Virus record (IMG/VR): IMGVR_UViG_3300028591_000006
Location: 64,001 to 128,000 of that record
Reading direction: 5' to 3' (one strand)
DNA: 64,000 bases
Source: a virus
Lineage: Duplodnaviria; Heunggongvirae; Uroviricota; Caudoviricetes
Shown piece by piece: positions 55,078 to 64,000 of this stretch; positions within the stretch are counted from its first letter, which is position 1; each line of letters begins with the position of its first letter. The notes beneath the pieces were generated by a model. That model ran no database searches. It saw only the letters and a program-made list of their open reading frames with translations, and had not been told where the DNA came from. The position numbers and the translations under genes were made by a program.

Positions 55078-57315
55078 TTACACATCTTCTGTATACCAAG
55101 TGAGGTTGATATACAAGTCAAGTCTATCTCCCGAAAGCGGAATACAAACAATCTCACCATTTGTATCAACAGATATAAAGGTGGGTGTTGCACCTGTACT
55201 CTGAAAGTTTATAGTAGTACAAGGTTGGAATATTGCAGGTCTATATCCTTGTGGAACAGAGCCTATTTTGGTACTTTGAGTCCACTCGAAAGAACCTTCA
55301 GTATTGAACCTCGCAATACACTGAACGATATTTCCCCTTCGTACCAATGAAGAGTATGCACCCGGTGATTGACTGATTATATCAGTTATGTTTGCCTGTG
55401 TTTTTTGAACAAAATTATTGTAAATCGTGCCCGACATAACAGGAGCAGTAGAGCCTTCTGTTATTGCATTTATAGCAGATAACCTCTCAATCTTCCAATA
55501 AGGTGGTGTTCCTTGTTCAATATCTGCCACATAACTTACTTGATATGTCGCATCGTTGTCATTACTTATAGAATAAGTAACGGTTCCTGATACAGATTTT
55601 GTGTATGGTCCGTCAAGGAAATATGTGAGGCTGTAAGAACCAAAGGTTATTCCGGTACGTTTAAATTCACCTGCATAAGTACCTACAGGAAGAGTAATGA
55701 TATGGTTAACAAGAGCCCTCATATCTTCTATTGCATCCACTGTACCCACAACACTAAAATTATGTTTTATAACAGCTTCGTTCCTTGAAACAAGTGGATT
55801 TGTAGTAGGTCTTGTGGCATCTGGAATAAGATTATTTAATCCAGCAAGTGCATCTTCAACAGTTGTTTTCTCAGCACCACCTATAGTAAGTGGGTCTGTA
55901 AGGTTCTTCTTCTGATAATTTGTATTCAAGGTAACTGCAACCGCATTACTTGTAACAGGATTCAGGTTTCCTTCCTGAACAGTATTTACGGTAATAACAC
56001 CGCCTGTGAAATCATCTATAATCTGAACAATGTCAAAAGCCTTCTTTGTGTTGAGGCTCAAACTATCCCATTCAGCCTGAGTACCAATGAATGTTTTCTT
56101 GAAATCACCGTCCAAGTCTACCCAATCAAAGTCCTCAACAGTCCATGTAGCAATGTTACCACCAACAGCAGCAACACTACTTTCAGGTGTATAAGCACTA
56201 CCAACTGTAAATGTTCCATCATTGTTTATTGTTACGCTGTATGTGCTGTCGTCAGAACTTTTCTTAGCGAACAGTTTACCTGCTGTATCATCTACATACA
56301 GTTCATAACCACCTGCACTTACTGTAATACTTGTGCTGTATTCAGGACTTGTTGGTGTACTTATGACATTTCCGTTCATGTCATAGAATGTACCGTCAAC
56401 TTCCGCACCAGTGAAGTTCTGAGTTAAATCTTCGTATTTATAGATATGTCCTTCTGTTTCAGTTCCTGTGTTACCATTAAACAATACGGTATCGCCAACT
56501 GAAGGATTTGAAGGAAGTTCATCTACCTTACTCAGCTTACTGTCATCATGAAGTTCAGTCCATACAAGAGCACTTGCTTCAAGAGTTGCACTGAAAATTC
56601 TTCCGTCATTTGTCCACAATGTAGTCTTATCTGCATCAGAACCTTTGAGTAAGAAATGTCTTCCTGTCGGAATATTGTAATCAGCATTGAGTGCGAATGT
56701 TGTGGTAACATTTACAACCGCTGTGCTGTCGTCATTCATCTGTGTCCAAGCTGTAAGTAAATCATTTACACTACCTACTGAAAGGATACTTCCGCTTGGT
56801 GTAATATCAACCCATTCTGTAATGCTTACGAGTTTTACATTACGAATTGTATAAGGGTTATAAGAACCGGTTGCGGCACCAGCTGTCCACCAAGGCATTA
56901 CAGAAGATTTGATTTTGTTGAAATCTACTGTGATTGTATTTACATCACTGCCAAGTCTCTGAACGAGTGCATTGTTACCTGCCATGTAAACAAGTTCTGC
57001 ACCTGTATCAGGGTCAGTAACAGGAATACCCTCAATCTGTGGTGAATAAGAAGTTGGAGCAACATCTGTGATTGTTCCATCCTGTGTCATAAAATAAGTT
57101 GTAGTATCAGCACTGAACTGCAACCTTTGTTCGAGGGTCGCTCTCATCTGATATGTGTGACCCTTAATAAAGTTAGCTGTAGTCTCACCACAGTACATGC
57201 GTATAGCCCCTTCTGTAGCAGAAAGTGGCATGACTGTTACTGTCTTGAGACGTGTGTTTACGTGAGCAGCAACTTCGGTTAAACCGATTTCGTCAAGGTA
57301 TTTTCTTTGACTCAT
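55078..57315 (-). CDS. Large modular tail fibre protein
   Basis: KYLD..GL N-terminus; modules shared with A/A'/B genes; RRGNIV...VPQGYRP..W C-terminus. Confidence 0.7.
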   Translation of the reverse strand: MSQRKYLDEIGLTEVAAHVNTRLKTVTVMPLSATEGAIRMYCGETTANFIKGHTYQMRATLEQRLQFSADTTTYFMTQDGTITDVAPTSYSPQIEGIPVTDPDTGAELVYMAGNNALVQRLGSDVNTITVDFNKIKSSVMPWWTAGAATGSYNPYTIRNVKLVSITEWVDITPSGSILSVGSVNDLLTAWTQMNDDSTAVVNVTTTFALNADYNIPTGRHFLLKGSDADKTTLWTNDGRIFSATLEASALVWTELHDDSKLSKVDELPSNPSVGDTVLFNGNTGTETEGHIYKYEDLTQNFTGAEVDGTFYDMNGNVISTPTSPEYSTSITVSAGGYELYVDDTAGKLFAKKSSDDSTYSVTINNDGTFTVGSAYTPESSVAAVGGNIATWTVEDFDWVDLDGDFKKTFIGTQAEWDSLSLNTKKAFDIVQIIDDFTGGVITVNTVQEGNLNPVTSNAVAVTLNTNYQKKNLTDPLTIGGAEKTTVEDALAGLNNLIPDATRPTTNPLVSRNEAVIKHNFSVVGTVDAIEDMRALVNHIITLPVGTYAGEFKRTGITFGSYSLTYFLDGPYTKSVSGTVTYSISNDNDATYQVSYVADIEQGTPPYWKIERLSAINAITEGSTAPVMSGTIYNNFVQKTQANITDIISQSPGAYSSLVRRGNIVQCIARFNTEGSFEWTQSTKIGSVPQGYRPAIFQPCTTINFQSTGATPTFISVDTNGEIVCIPLSGDRLDLYINLTWYTEDV

Positions 57316-57410
57316 TTCTTTTTCCTCCTTTAGAATACTGAGAAATGATATTCTAAGATTAAATATATATTTATCTAATATATAAAATGATAACTCGTGG
57401 AGGATTTAGT

Positions 57411-57599
57411 ATGGATAAATTACCTGTTAAAGAATTCAAATGTATGATTTGTGGAAAGAAGTTTACTGAACTTACACCAATTCATGAAAAGCGTTGTATC
57501 TGTAAAAACTGTTATGATGTTGCTGTATCAGAAACATACGACAAAGGTCAGGAATTTATAACAGTGAAAAAATTAAAGAAGATTGTAAAGAATAAGTAG
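57411..57599 (+). CDS. Small Zn-ribbon protein
   Basis: CxxC..CxCxxC; GGAGG SD. Confidence 0.6.
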   Translation: MDKLPVKEFKCMICGKKFTELTPIHEKRCICKNCYDVAVSETYDKGQEFITVKKLKKIVKNK

Positions 57600-57622
57600 G
57601 TGGTTTTTAAGACCACCTACTT
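57594..57622. terminator. Bidirectional terminator
   Basis: AAGTAGGTGGT-7-ACCACCTACTT. Confidence 0.8.
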
Positions 57623-57644
57623 AATAACGACATAATATTAATTA

Positions 57645-58619
57645 TTAGTCTACGAACAGAGCATCGATTTCTTCGTTGCTAATTGGTGTGAAACTGTCAC
57701 CGCTGCTAAGAGCTATCCATTCCATTCCGTTGAACTGATATACTACACCCTGAACATATTTCTCGTCCTTTGTGTAATATGTCTTTCCAGAATCAACAGT
57801 TTCATCTTCAGTAAGAACATATCCGCCTGAACCGTTTGATTCATACCAACCGAGAGCCTTTGGATTTGCTTCTGGGTCTGGGTCTGCAACCTCATTATAT
57901 TCATACTGTGTTGGACCGAGGTACATAATTACATCATCTTCAAACGGCTCACTTGGCATTGCATCAAGTGTGAATGAAAGTTTGTCTGAAACATCAAATA
58001 CAGGTCCAATCAAACACCACTTCATTACATCTTCATCTTTTGTTTCTGTGTAGAGGTTCAAGTCTACAAATGAATCACCTGTGAACAATGTGTTCAAAGT
58101 TTCAAGAGCAGTTTCGTTAGCTTCCTGTTCTTTTGTGAATTCAGCGAAAGTATCTGCAAGTCCGGTTACCTTGTAGAATGAAGAACCGTCATCGTTTGTT
58201 GCATACAAAGCATCTTCAACAAGTCCGGCGTCTGAAGAAGTTGCAACATAACATTTTGCAAGAAGTGTAGCAGAACCAAGAGTTCCAGCAGGTACATAAG
58301 CTGCGATAGCACTGTTTACATAAGATGTACCACCATCAATACTCCATACTGAGTTTGTAGATGTACCTGTAACTTTTACAGCAGCAACCTCACTGTTAGC
58401 AGAAATATGTTTTCCCGCACCATCAGTAAAGTCCGAAGTAGTTCTACCTTCAGCCTGAACAGTGTACATCCAACCTACTTTCTGAACATTAAGATTTGGA
58501 AGATGTGCTACATCAGCTACGGTTCCCTTGAATTCAAGTTTACCTGCATTTCCAATATACTCTTTAAGTTTTAATACGAGTTCCTGAAGTCCGTCATAGT
58601 CAAGAAATTTCTTTTCCAT
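57645..58619 (-). CDS. Virion fibre/decoration protein
   Basis: KFLDYDGL N-terminus; FKGTVA...LP..VG.MY.V module. Confidence 0.65.
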   Translation of the reverse strand: MEKKFLDYDGLQELVLKLKEYIGNAGKLEFKGTVADVAHLPNLNVQKVGWMYTVQAEGRTTSDFTDGAGKHISANSEVAAVKVTGTSTNSVWSIDGGTSYVNSAIAAYVPAGTLGSATLLAKCYVATSSDAGLVEDALYATNDDGSSFYKVTGLADTFAEFTKEQEANETALETLNTLFTGDSFVDLNLYTETKDEDVMKWCLIGPVFDVSDKLSFTLDAMPSEPFEDDVIMYLGPTQYEYNEVADPDPEANPKALGWYESNGSGGYVLTEDETVDSGKTYYTKDEKYVQGVVYQFNGMEWIALSSGDSFTPISNEEIDALFVD

Positions 58620-58679
58620 ATCATTTCTCCTTATAAGATATTTTAATTGTCCTTATATTTCAAAGGACAACCGTAAACA

Positions 58680-59885
58680 TTATTCACCGAACAAAGCGTC
58701 AATCTCATCAATTGGAATCGGTACAGGTTCATCACCACTAGGAGATACAGGTTGCATTTCCCACTGATAAGTTCTTTCGTTCCAAATCCATGTAAGACCA
58801 ATAGCCGCAATTTGTTCGTCTGTGGTGTATTTTGGATTCACACCTGGGTCATAGTCAATAACCTGTCGCATAACAAGGTCGAGTGCTACAACCTGTTCAT
58901 CTGTTGTAATTGCTGTAGAATCTGCAAGATATACAATCTGTCCAAGAACGATGTGTTCAGCTTCTACAGCTGCATCATCAGGAAGTGCTCTTGCGTCTGG
59001 GTAGAATACTGTATTGTTTACAATAGTTCCGCCATAAAGCTGACCTGTAAGAATGAAGTAAGCATTACCGTTGAAAAGATATGCAGGTCTTTCCTCAGTA
59101 ATTCCTCCACCATAATCTACAGTAATTCTGTCTTCAGATGTACTTACCATTGTCCAGAGTTCAGCACGACTTTTAAGAACATCATCTACATTGGTTCCCT
59201 GATAAGTAATGGTATTAAAAATGAAATACCATTTGTTATTATAAGGCCAAGCCTGAAGCTGATGTCTTGTTCCGTTAGGTGTTTCGAGTGTAATTGTACC
59301 TTCTGCTTCCTCAATAAGTGTATTGAGTTCTTCAAGCGTATTTACAACCACATTCACTTTAGTTCCGGAAAATACAGTATCTTCCTGAACAAAGTAGTAA
59401 ACGCCATCTTTGGTAAGTGCCTTTGTATTGTACTCTTCACCGAACTGAGTTCTCAATGTAACCTGTTCACCGTTGAGTGCAATCTGTTCTTTCATCTTAG
59501 CAACGTCTTCAATAGGAAGTTCTTCATAATGGTCTGTTGCAGTTCCAATATAAAAGAATCCTCGTTTGAAATCACCGTTATCTTCACCGATGTATTGAAC
59601 AATCTTATCTACCCATTCCTCACCAGGTGTTGGCATTTTATCTACCTGAATATCAGAACCACCACTTCCTGATTGGAACAAACGGAAGTTACCGGTTACA
59701 GGGTCAGGGTCTAAAGATTTATCATATTTGTAGAAGTTACGGTCTTCAAGACAATATGCGAAATACATCTCAGGCATTTGATTCTTTTTTACAGCTTTCA
59801 TGTCTGCAAAAGTCTCATATTCCTGACGAACAAAGTCTGGTTTCTTACCTAAATACGATAGGTTATCACCAAATGGAATTGCCAT
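58680..59885 (-). CDS. Virion fibre/decoration protein
   Basis: Internal repeated modules; shares C-terminal I...EIDALF with 57645 gene. Confidence 0.65.
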   Translation of the reverse strand: MAIPFGDNLSYLGKKPDFVRQEYETFADMKAVKKNQMPEMYFAYCLEDRNFYKYDKSLDPDPVTGNFRLFQSGSGGSDIQVDKMPTPGEEWVDKIVQYIGEDNGDFKRGFFYIGTATDHYEELPIEDVAKMKEQIALNGEQVTLRTQFGEEYNTKALTKDGVYYFVQEDTVFSGTKVNVVVNTLEELNTLIEEAEGTITLETPNGTRHQLQAWPYNNKWYFIFNTITYQGTNVDDVLKSRAELWTMVSTSEDRITVDYGGGITEERPAYLFNGNAYFILTGQLYGGTIVNNTVFYPDARALPDDAAVEAEHIVLGQIVYLADSTAITTDEQVVALDLVMRQVIDYDPGVNPKYTTDEQIAAIGLTWIWNERTYQWEMQPVSPSGDEPVPIPIDEIDALFGE

Positions 59886-59910
59886 TTTGTATTCCTCCTT
59901 AATAAAAATT

Positions 59911-59936
59911 ACATCCGCTATATTTCAAGCGGATGT
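59911..59936 (-). terminator. Stem-loop
   Basis: ACATCCGCT-8-AGCGGATGT. Confidence 0.6.
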
Positions 59937-59944
59937 TTGTGAAA

Positions 59945-61402
59945 TTAGTTAAAACTCCATTTCATGTTCTCACTAACTGTACCAGCTGGGTCTGTAAGGT
60001 AATATACAAGATACTCAACACCATCGTAAGTTCTTGTTACATGAGTGTAAGAACCTGTGGCATCAAAGCTATTGTTTGTAATCTGAGTAAGCTCGCCAAG
60101 ACTAGCAGGGTAAGCATAAACTACCTGGTATCCATATTCTGCCTGAGCGTTCGAACCAATAGTCCATTCTGAACTTGGTGTACCTGCCGACTTAGTATTA
60201 GCATTAAGTTTAGCATCTGCCGCTTCGTTGTAGACGTTAGCTTCAAACCAATCAATTCCTGTAATAAGAGTATCAAAGGTTTCAGGAGTAAGCTGATATG
60301 CTGGGTCGTAATCATCACCTGCAGCATTTCCAACCATGTTGTAATCACCAAGGTATCTGTAGAGCTTGATTGTGTAAGCTGCGGTTGCAACATCTGAATC
60401 GAGCATTTCATCAGCAACACCAATTGCCTTGAGTGTGATAGCAGCTGTGATTTCGATAGGAGTTCCATCATATACAGCAGAAGTTGCGTCTGGTGTAGAA
60501 CCATCTGTTGTATAGTGGATTACTGCTCCGGTTGTTGCACAAGTAATTGTAACCTGTGTTCCCTTGTCTACTGCACCAGCACTTGGGCTGAATGTTGGAG
60601 TAGCAACTGTTGGAACATTGATAATGTAATTTGTTGTAGCAACACTTGAATCTTTCATATCTGTCTTCATAGCAATTGCCTTTACAGTAGTTGTTCTGTT
60701 GATTGTGAATGCAGCTGTATATGTTGGTGAACTTGCTGTTGGTGTAGTACCGTCTGTTGTATAATGGATTGTAGCACCTTCTGTAGCACAAGTAATTGTA
60801 ACTTCTGTTCCAGATTCAACTTCACCACCTGCTGGCATAATCTTTGGTGTCTTAACTTTTTTAGCACCACTGCCACCACCGCCTTCAGCGATTTCAGCAA
60901 CCTTGTCCATAGCATCTTCAAATGCTGCCTGGTCTTCGTATGTTACCGGGAACATATCCATACCAAGGAAGTCATACTTGATTGTGAGTGAGTTAGGGTC
61001 AGTCATAGCAACATGAATCTGTTTGCCCTGATACCACTTACCATTGATTTCAACAAATCCACCTTCGATAAATGCAATAACATCTTCAACTTCTGATACG
61101 TCTGCATACTCATGAGTAATAGTAACGTTACCAATAAAGTTAAAACGAATTGTTTTAGTATTTGGTTCTACGATAGAAAGACGGTCAACATTGTACCATG
61201 TTTCTCCAATGAGCAGAAGTCCTTTGTCTTCGAGTTCTGCAACAGCATCATCAAAATCGCTCTGGTTAGCGAAAACCTGATTCTCAATCTTTCCATCGAA
61301 ATATAGTGTTAACTTGAGCTTTTTCTCGTTAACCTTTACTTTTGACAAATGGATAAGATTGGTGTAATTGAGTTCGTACTTAAACATACGTTCATCCTCC
61401 AT
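59945..61402 (-). CDS. Late protein with two chitobiase/beta-hexosaminidase C-terminal (Fn3-associated) domains
   Basis: TP...P..G.V..GT.VTITCAT.GA.IHYTTDG.TP x2; three N-terminal repeats; late promoter 61419-61428. Confidence 0.8.
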   Translation of the reverse strand: MEDERMFKYELNYTNLIHLSKVKVNEKKLKLTLYFDGKIENQVFANQSDFDDAVAELEDKGLLLIGETWYNVDRLSIVEPNTKTIRFNFIGNVTITHEYADVSEVEDVIAFIEGGFVEINGKWYQGKQIHVAMTDPNSLTIKYDFLGMDMFPVTYEDQAAFEDAMDKVAEIAEGGGGSGAKKVKTPKIMPAGGEVESGTEVTITCATEGATIHYTTDGTTPTASSPTYTAAFTINRTTTVKAIAMKTDMKDSSVATTNYIINVPTVATPTFSPSAGAVDKGTQVTITCATTGAVIHYTTDGSTPDATSAVYDGTPIEITAAITLKAIGVADEMLDSDVATAAYTIKLYRYLGDYNMVGNAAGDDYDPAYQLTPETFDTLITGIDWFEANVYNEAADAKLNANTKSAGTPSSEWTIGSNAQAEYGYQVVYAYPASLGELTQITNNSFDATGSYTHVTRTYDGVEYLVYYLTDPAGTVSENMKWSFN

Positions 61403-61455
61403 TAATTTAGATTCATTAAAATATATAAATCAACAGAAAAATATAAAAACTACCC

Positions 61456-61485
61456 GAAGTGTAAACCCCTATATGAATAATATAG
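61456..61485 (+). repeat. 30-bp element, inverted copy of 19620-19649
   Basis: Exact match. Confidence 0.85.
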
Positions 61486-61517
61486 CCCTTATAATGCGTA
61501 TTTATGCAGAATTTATA

Positions 61518-61566
61518 TTGACAGATAGGTTATTACATAGTATATTTATTACAGATAGTAAAACTA
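61518..61566 (+). promoter_or_regulatory. Early sigma70-like promoter, class A
   Basis: TTGACA-17-TATATT plus 29-bp block. Confidence 0.8.
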
Positions 61567-61589
61567 TATTAAACTATCAGGAGCAAAAT

Positions 61590-61862
61590 ATGAATAAGAT
61601 TAAAGAAATTGACCTTAAAGCACTTTCAGATGACGGAAAAACATATTATGAAATTGCATTAAGTCTTAGAACCGGAGAATATATCCGTATCAAGAATCCG
61701 AGTTGTTCAGCTGCGGCTGTGGATGCAGCCTGTGCTTATTTCTGTATTGATTATGACGGAAATGTATATAAGCGTGTTAAGGTTTTCTTCATGGGAACTT
61801 CTCCTGAACTCAATCTTAATATGATTCCTAAGAAGTATCACAAATACTTCAAGGAGGCTTAA
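61590..61862 (+). CDS. Early hypothetical protein
   Basis: AGGAG-ATG at 61590. Confidence 0.65.
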   Translation: MNKIKEIDLKALSDDGKTYYEIALSLRTGEYIRIKNPSCSAAAVDAACAYFCIDYDGNVYKRVKVFFMGTSPELNLNMIPKKYHKYFKEA

Positions 61863-61863
61863 T

Positions 61864-62028
61864 ATGGGAGCAATATGGACAAACATCAAAGGTGAAAAGT
61901 TCAAGATAATGTTCTGCAAGGAATATGTTACATTCTTCTGTCCAAAAGATAAATCGTTTCTTACACTTGACCACAACATCAGCATGAAAAAGCTGCTGAA
62001 ACTTCCATACTTCAATCTCGTGAGATGA
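61864..62028 (+). CDS. Small hypothetical protein
   Basis: Hand-translated 54 aa, GGAGG SD. Confidence 0.5.
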   Translation: MGAIWTNIKGEKFKIMFCKEYVTFFCPKDKSFLTLDHNISMKKLLKLPYFNLVR

Positions 62029-62031
62029 TAT

Positions 62032-62229
62032 ATGTGGGTAGATAAATACGGATTTGAAATCTTTATGGGAGACCAGGAAGAGCGTAAGGAAGGTGACAGA
62101 TGGGTTCCGGATGAAGATGACAAGATTACAATGTCACCGGAAGAATTCATGAAAGGACATCCAGGTGCTAAAACTATTGCTGAGTACTGGAAGAAAGAAA
62201 AGAAACCGAAGAATGTTGGATTGTTCTAA
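62032..62229 (+). CDS. Small hypothetical protein
   Basis: 65-aa ORF in operon. Confidence 0.55.
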   Translation: MWVDKYGFEIFMGDQEERKEGDRWVPDEDDKITMSPEEFMKGHPGAKTIAEYWKKEKKPKNVGLF

Positions 62230-62238
62230 GGAGCAGAT

Positions 62239-62757
62239 ATGACACAGTGGGAGAAATTCAAAGAAAATACCTATCAGCAGATGCTTGGTAAACACAGAGC
62301 AAAGTTTATGATTGAATCATTCTATCTTGACTACGATGCCGGAACTCTTCTTGTAACCTATTCGAAAGGCTCAGACAGTATCATTTATATCGACCCGGAG
62401 GAATATGATGATGTTTATGCTTTTGAAAGAGAGCTGCAAAGTAAACTCGTAATTGGTGCTATTCCTGAGAAAGAGTGCTGGGGTGGCGAACTTGCAGAAT
62501 CCATGATTCATTATCTTGTCCGCACCCACATGAATGATTTTGTTTACATCAGTGATGAAACTCTGAATGAACTTTCTCAGTCTATCGGATATCCGGTTGA
62601 TTACATTATACGGAAAGTAAATAATGTAATTCATGCAGAAAAGATTTCTATAATGCTTAAGAATGAAGCTGACAAAATAAAGTTACCGGTAGCCTACAAT
62701 TATTGTGTAAAACTGCCTGTAAAATCTGTCAGCGAAAAGGAACTTGCTTTAATATGA
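62239..62757 (+). CDS. Hypothetical protein
   Basis: AAGGAG SD, 172 aa. Confidence 0.65.
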   Translation: MTQWEKFKENTYQQMLGKHRAKFMIESFYLDYDAGTLLVTYSKGSDSIIYIDPEEYDDVYAFERELQSKLVIGAIPEKECWGGELAESMIHYLVRTHMNDFVYISDETLNELSQSIGYPVDYIIRKVNNVIHAEKISIMLKNEADKIKLPVAYNYCVKLPVKSVSEKELALI

Positions 62758-62864
62758 AAAACAAGAAAGGGATTCCTATGACACCTGAAGAACTCGAAGA
62801 GTATAATCAGGTGTGGAAGGATATAAACGAAAGTATTGAACTTGTTATGAAATATGGAGAAGAA

Positions 62865-63119
62865 TTAGTTTCCTAAAGTCTTCTCAACAAATTCTGCCCA
62901 ATATTCCCACAAGGTTATTGTATATTCCAAACTGTCTATTGAACGGTTGTAATACAGTTCCCATTCAAAATCATCATCACTTTCCGGTGGATTTAGTTCT
63001 GGTCTTACGGGTTTTGGTGGCAGTATTGGTTTTACTTCCTGAATTGTTACGCAACTTGTCATTGTTAGACTTAGCAGTAGCACGAGCATGATTACGCAAA
63101 TCTTCTTTAGTTTTCGCAT
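62865..63119 (-). CDS. o-spanin (lipoprotein)
   Basis: Hydrophobic signal, MTSC lipobox, Pro-rich LPPKPVRP; overlaps i-spanin. Confidence 0.75.
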   Translation of the reverse strand: MRKLKKICVIMLVLLLSLTMTSCVTIQEVKPILPPKPVRPELNPPESDDDFEWELYYNRSIDSLEYTITLWEYWAEFVEKTLGN

Positions 63120-63333
63120 TCTCTATCTCCTTGTCGTTTTCTTTTTTCTTTACAGTTTCTTCCTGTACCTTTTCAGTATAATCTTTAAGGTCTTCAGCGT
63201 TCTGTTTGTAAGCATCCGCAATCTTTTTATTGTCTTTTGCTTCATCAGATTTCTTACCAGCATATTTAATGGCAAGTATCAGACAAAGGAAAAGTAATAC
63301 AATAATTCCTACACCAATAATGATTGTTTTCAT
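62977..63333 (-). CDS. i-spanin
   Basis: N-terminal TM plus charged coiled coil; upstream of o-spanin. Confidence 0.75.
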   Translation of the reverse strand: MKTIIIGVGIIVLLFLCLILAIKYAGKKSDEAKDNKKIADAYKQNAEDLKDYTEKVQEETVKKKENDKEIENAKTKEDLRNHARATAKSNNDKLRNNSGSKTNTATKTRKTRTKSTGK

Positions 63334-63490
63334 ATAATCCCTCCTTACATTACTTCTTCAAGAATATAATCAGAACATTCATTATATTTAATGACCTCTT
63401 TAATAATCCAACCTTCTTTAAGAAGTTTGTTCAAGTCATCAAATTCTTTTGGTAAGCTACCTGCATAAATTCTTATTACCTTATTAAGTT

Positions 63491-63778
63491 TCATTTGTCT
63501 TCCTCCTCTACTTCAATATTAGATTCTTCTTTCGGCATAAGTTTATCTGCAAATGCCAGTCCGACTTTCTGTCCTACGTTTACACCAAGATACATCATGC
63601 TGATTGCAAAGAAGTACGACAGTGCTCTCTCTACAAGTCCTACAAGCTGTTCCTGAATCTGCTTCGTAATAATCATCACTAAAGCACACCAGGCGATAAC
63701 AAGAATTGTAATGATAAGCCATACAATCCATACAACGAACTTGCGGCTGTCTGTTTTCTTTCCCTTCTCTTCACTCAT
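63491..63778 (-). CDS. Holin-like membrane protein
   Basis: SRKF motif, two TM helices, charged C-terminus; next to spanins. Confidence 0.65.
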   Translation of the reverse strand: MSEEKGKKTDSRKFVVWIVWLIITILVIAWCALVMIITKQIQEQLVGLVERALSYFFAISMMYLGVNVGQKVGLAFADKLMPKEESNIEVEEEDK

Positions 63779-64000
63779 ATTTACACCTCATCATCAAAAT
63801 AATGTTCGTCATCATTATTAAGTACATCCCAAAACCACACAGTTAATATTAACCCGACAGTTACTACGCACGCACAAATTAATATTACTTCTAAAATGGT
63901 ACTTACCAAAATTAGCTCCTTACATTTACAATCCGGAATTTTCACCATAAAGAACTTTTACATTTACAAGTCTTTCAACAAGTTCTTTAGTCCAATTCTC

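Noticed and set aside
58752-59672. Long plus-strand ORF and similar antisense ORFs (1564-2070, 24945-25409, 47743-48036, 61707-62150)
   Set aside because: Shadows of better-supported genes on the opposite strand or frame; no RBS, atypical composition
47788-61402. Diversity-generating retroelement acting on fibre genes
   Set aside because: No reverse transcriptase in the window and no adenine-specific TR/VR pair seen
1-64000. tRNA, rRNA or tmRNA genes
   Set aside because: No cloverleaf or GTTCRA-type T-loop in the short intergenic gaps by eye; a tRNAscan run would be needed to exclude them fully

Overview
A 64-kb piece of an AT-rich, large T4-like myovirus genome. The host is probably diderm (two-component spanins, lipoproteins); I could not determine it further. 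Recognisable modules are: a head module (gp23-like major capsid, gp21-like prohead protease, and a family of acidic late proteins sharing an [IV]-[KQE]-S motif); a full contractile tail and baseplate operon (24-40 kb); a tail-fibre/decoration array (50-61 kb); primase; two GIY-YIG and one HNH homing endonucleases; and holin and spanins. Three things stand out. (1) A C5-cytosine methyltransferase is split into a catalytic N-fragment, about 11 translationally coupled target-recognition-domain (TRD)-like mini-modules and a C-fragment. Four consecutive coupled TRD ORFs carry short simple repeats after their starts, and two TRDs are hidden one repeat unit out of frame. (2) A serine-recombinase shufflon has four His-rich fibre-tip cassettes, with the promoter and constant N-terminus on a central invertible segment. 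(3) A putative capsid-cargo system includes a 949-aa polyprotein that still contains five in-frame internal RBS+ATG starts. A phage-specific late promoter (TTATATATTT) recurs at about 16 sites, several apparently driving leaderless mRNAs. I saw no tRNA, rRNA, CRISPR array or reverse transcriptase. All family calls come from motif recognition by eye; no database searches were run.
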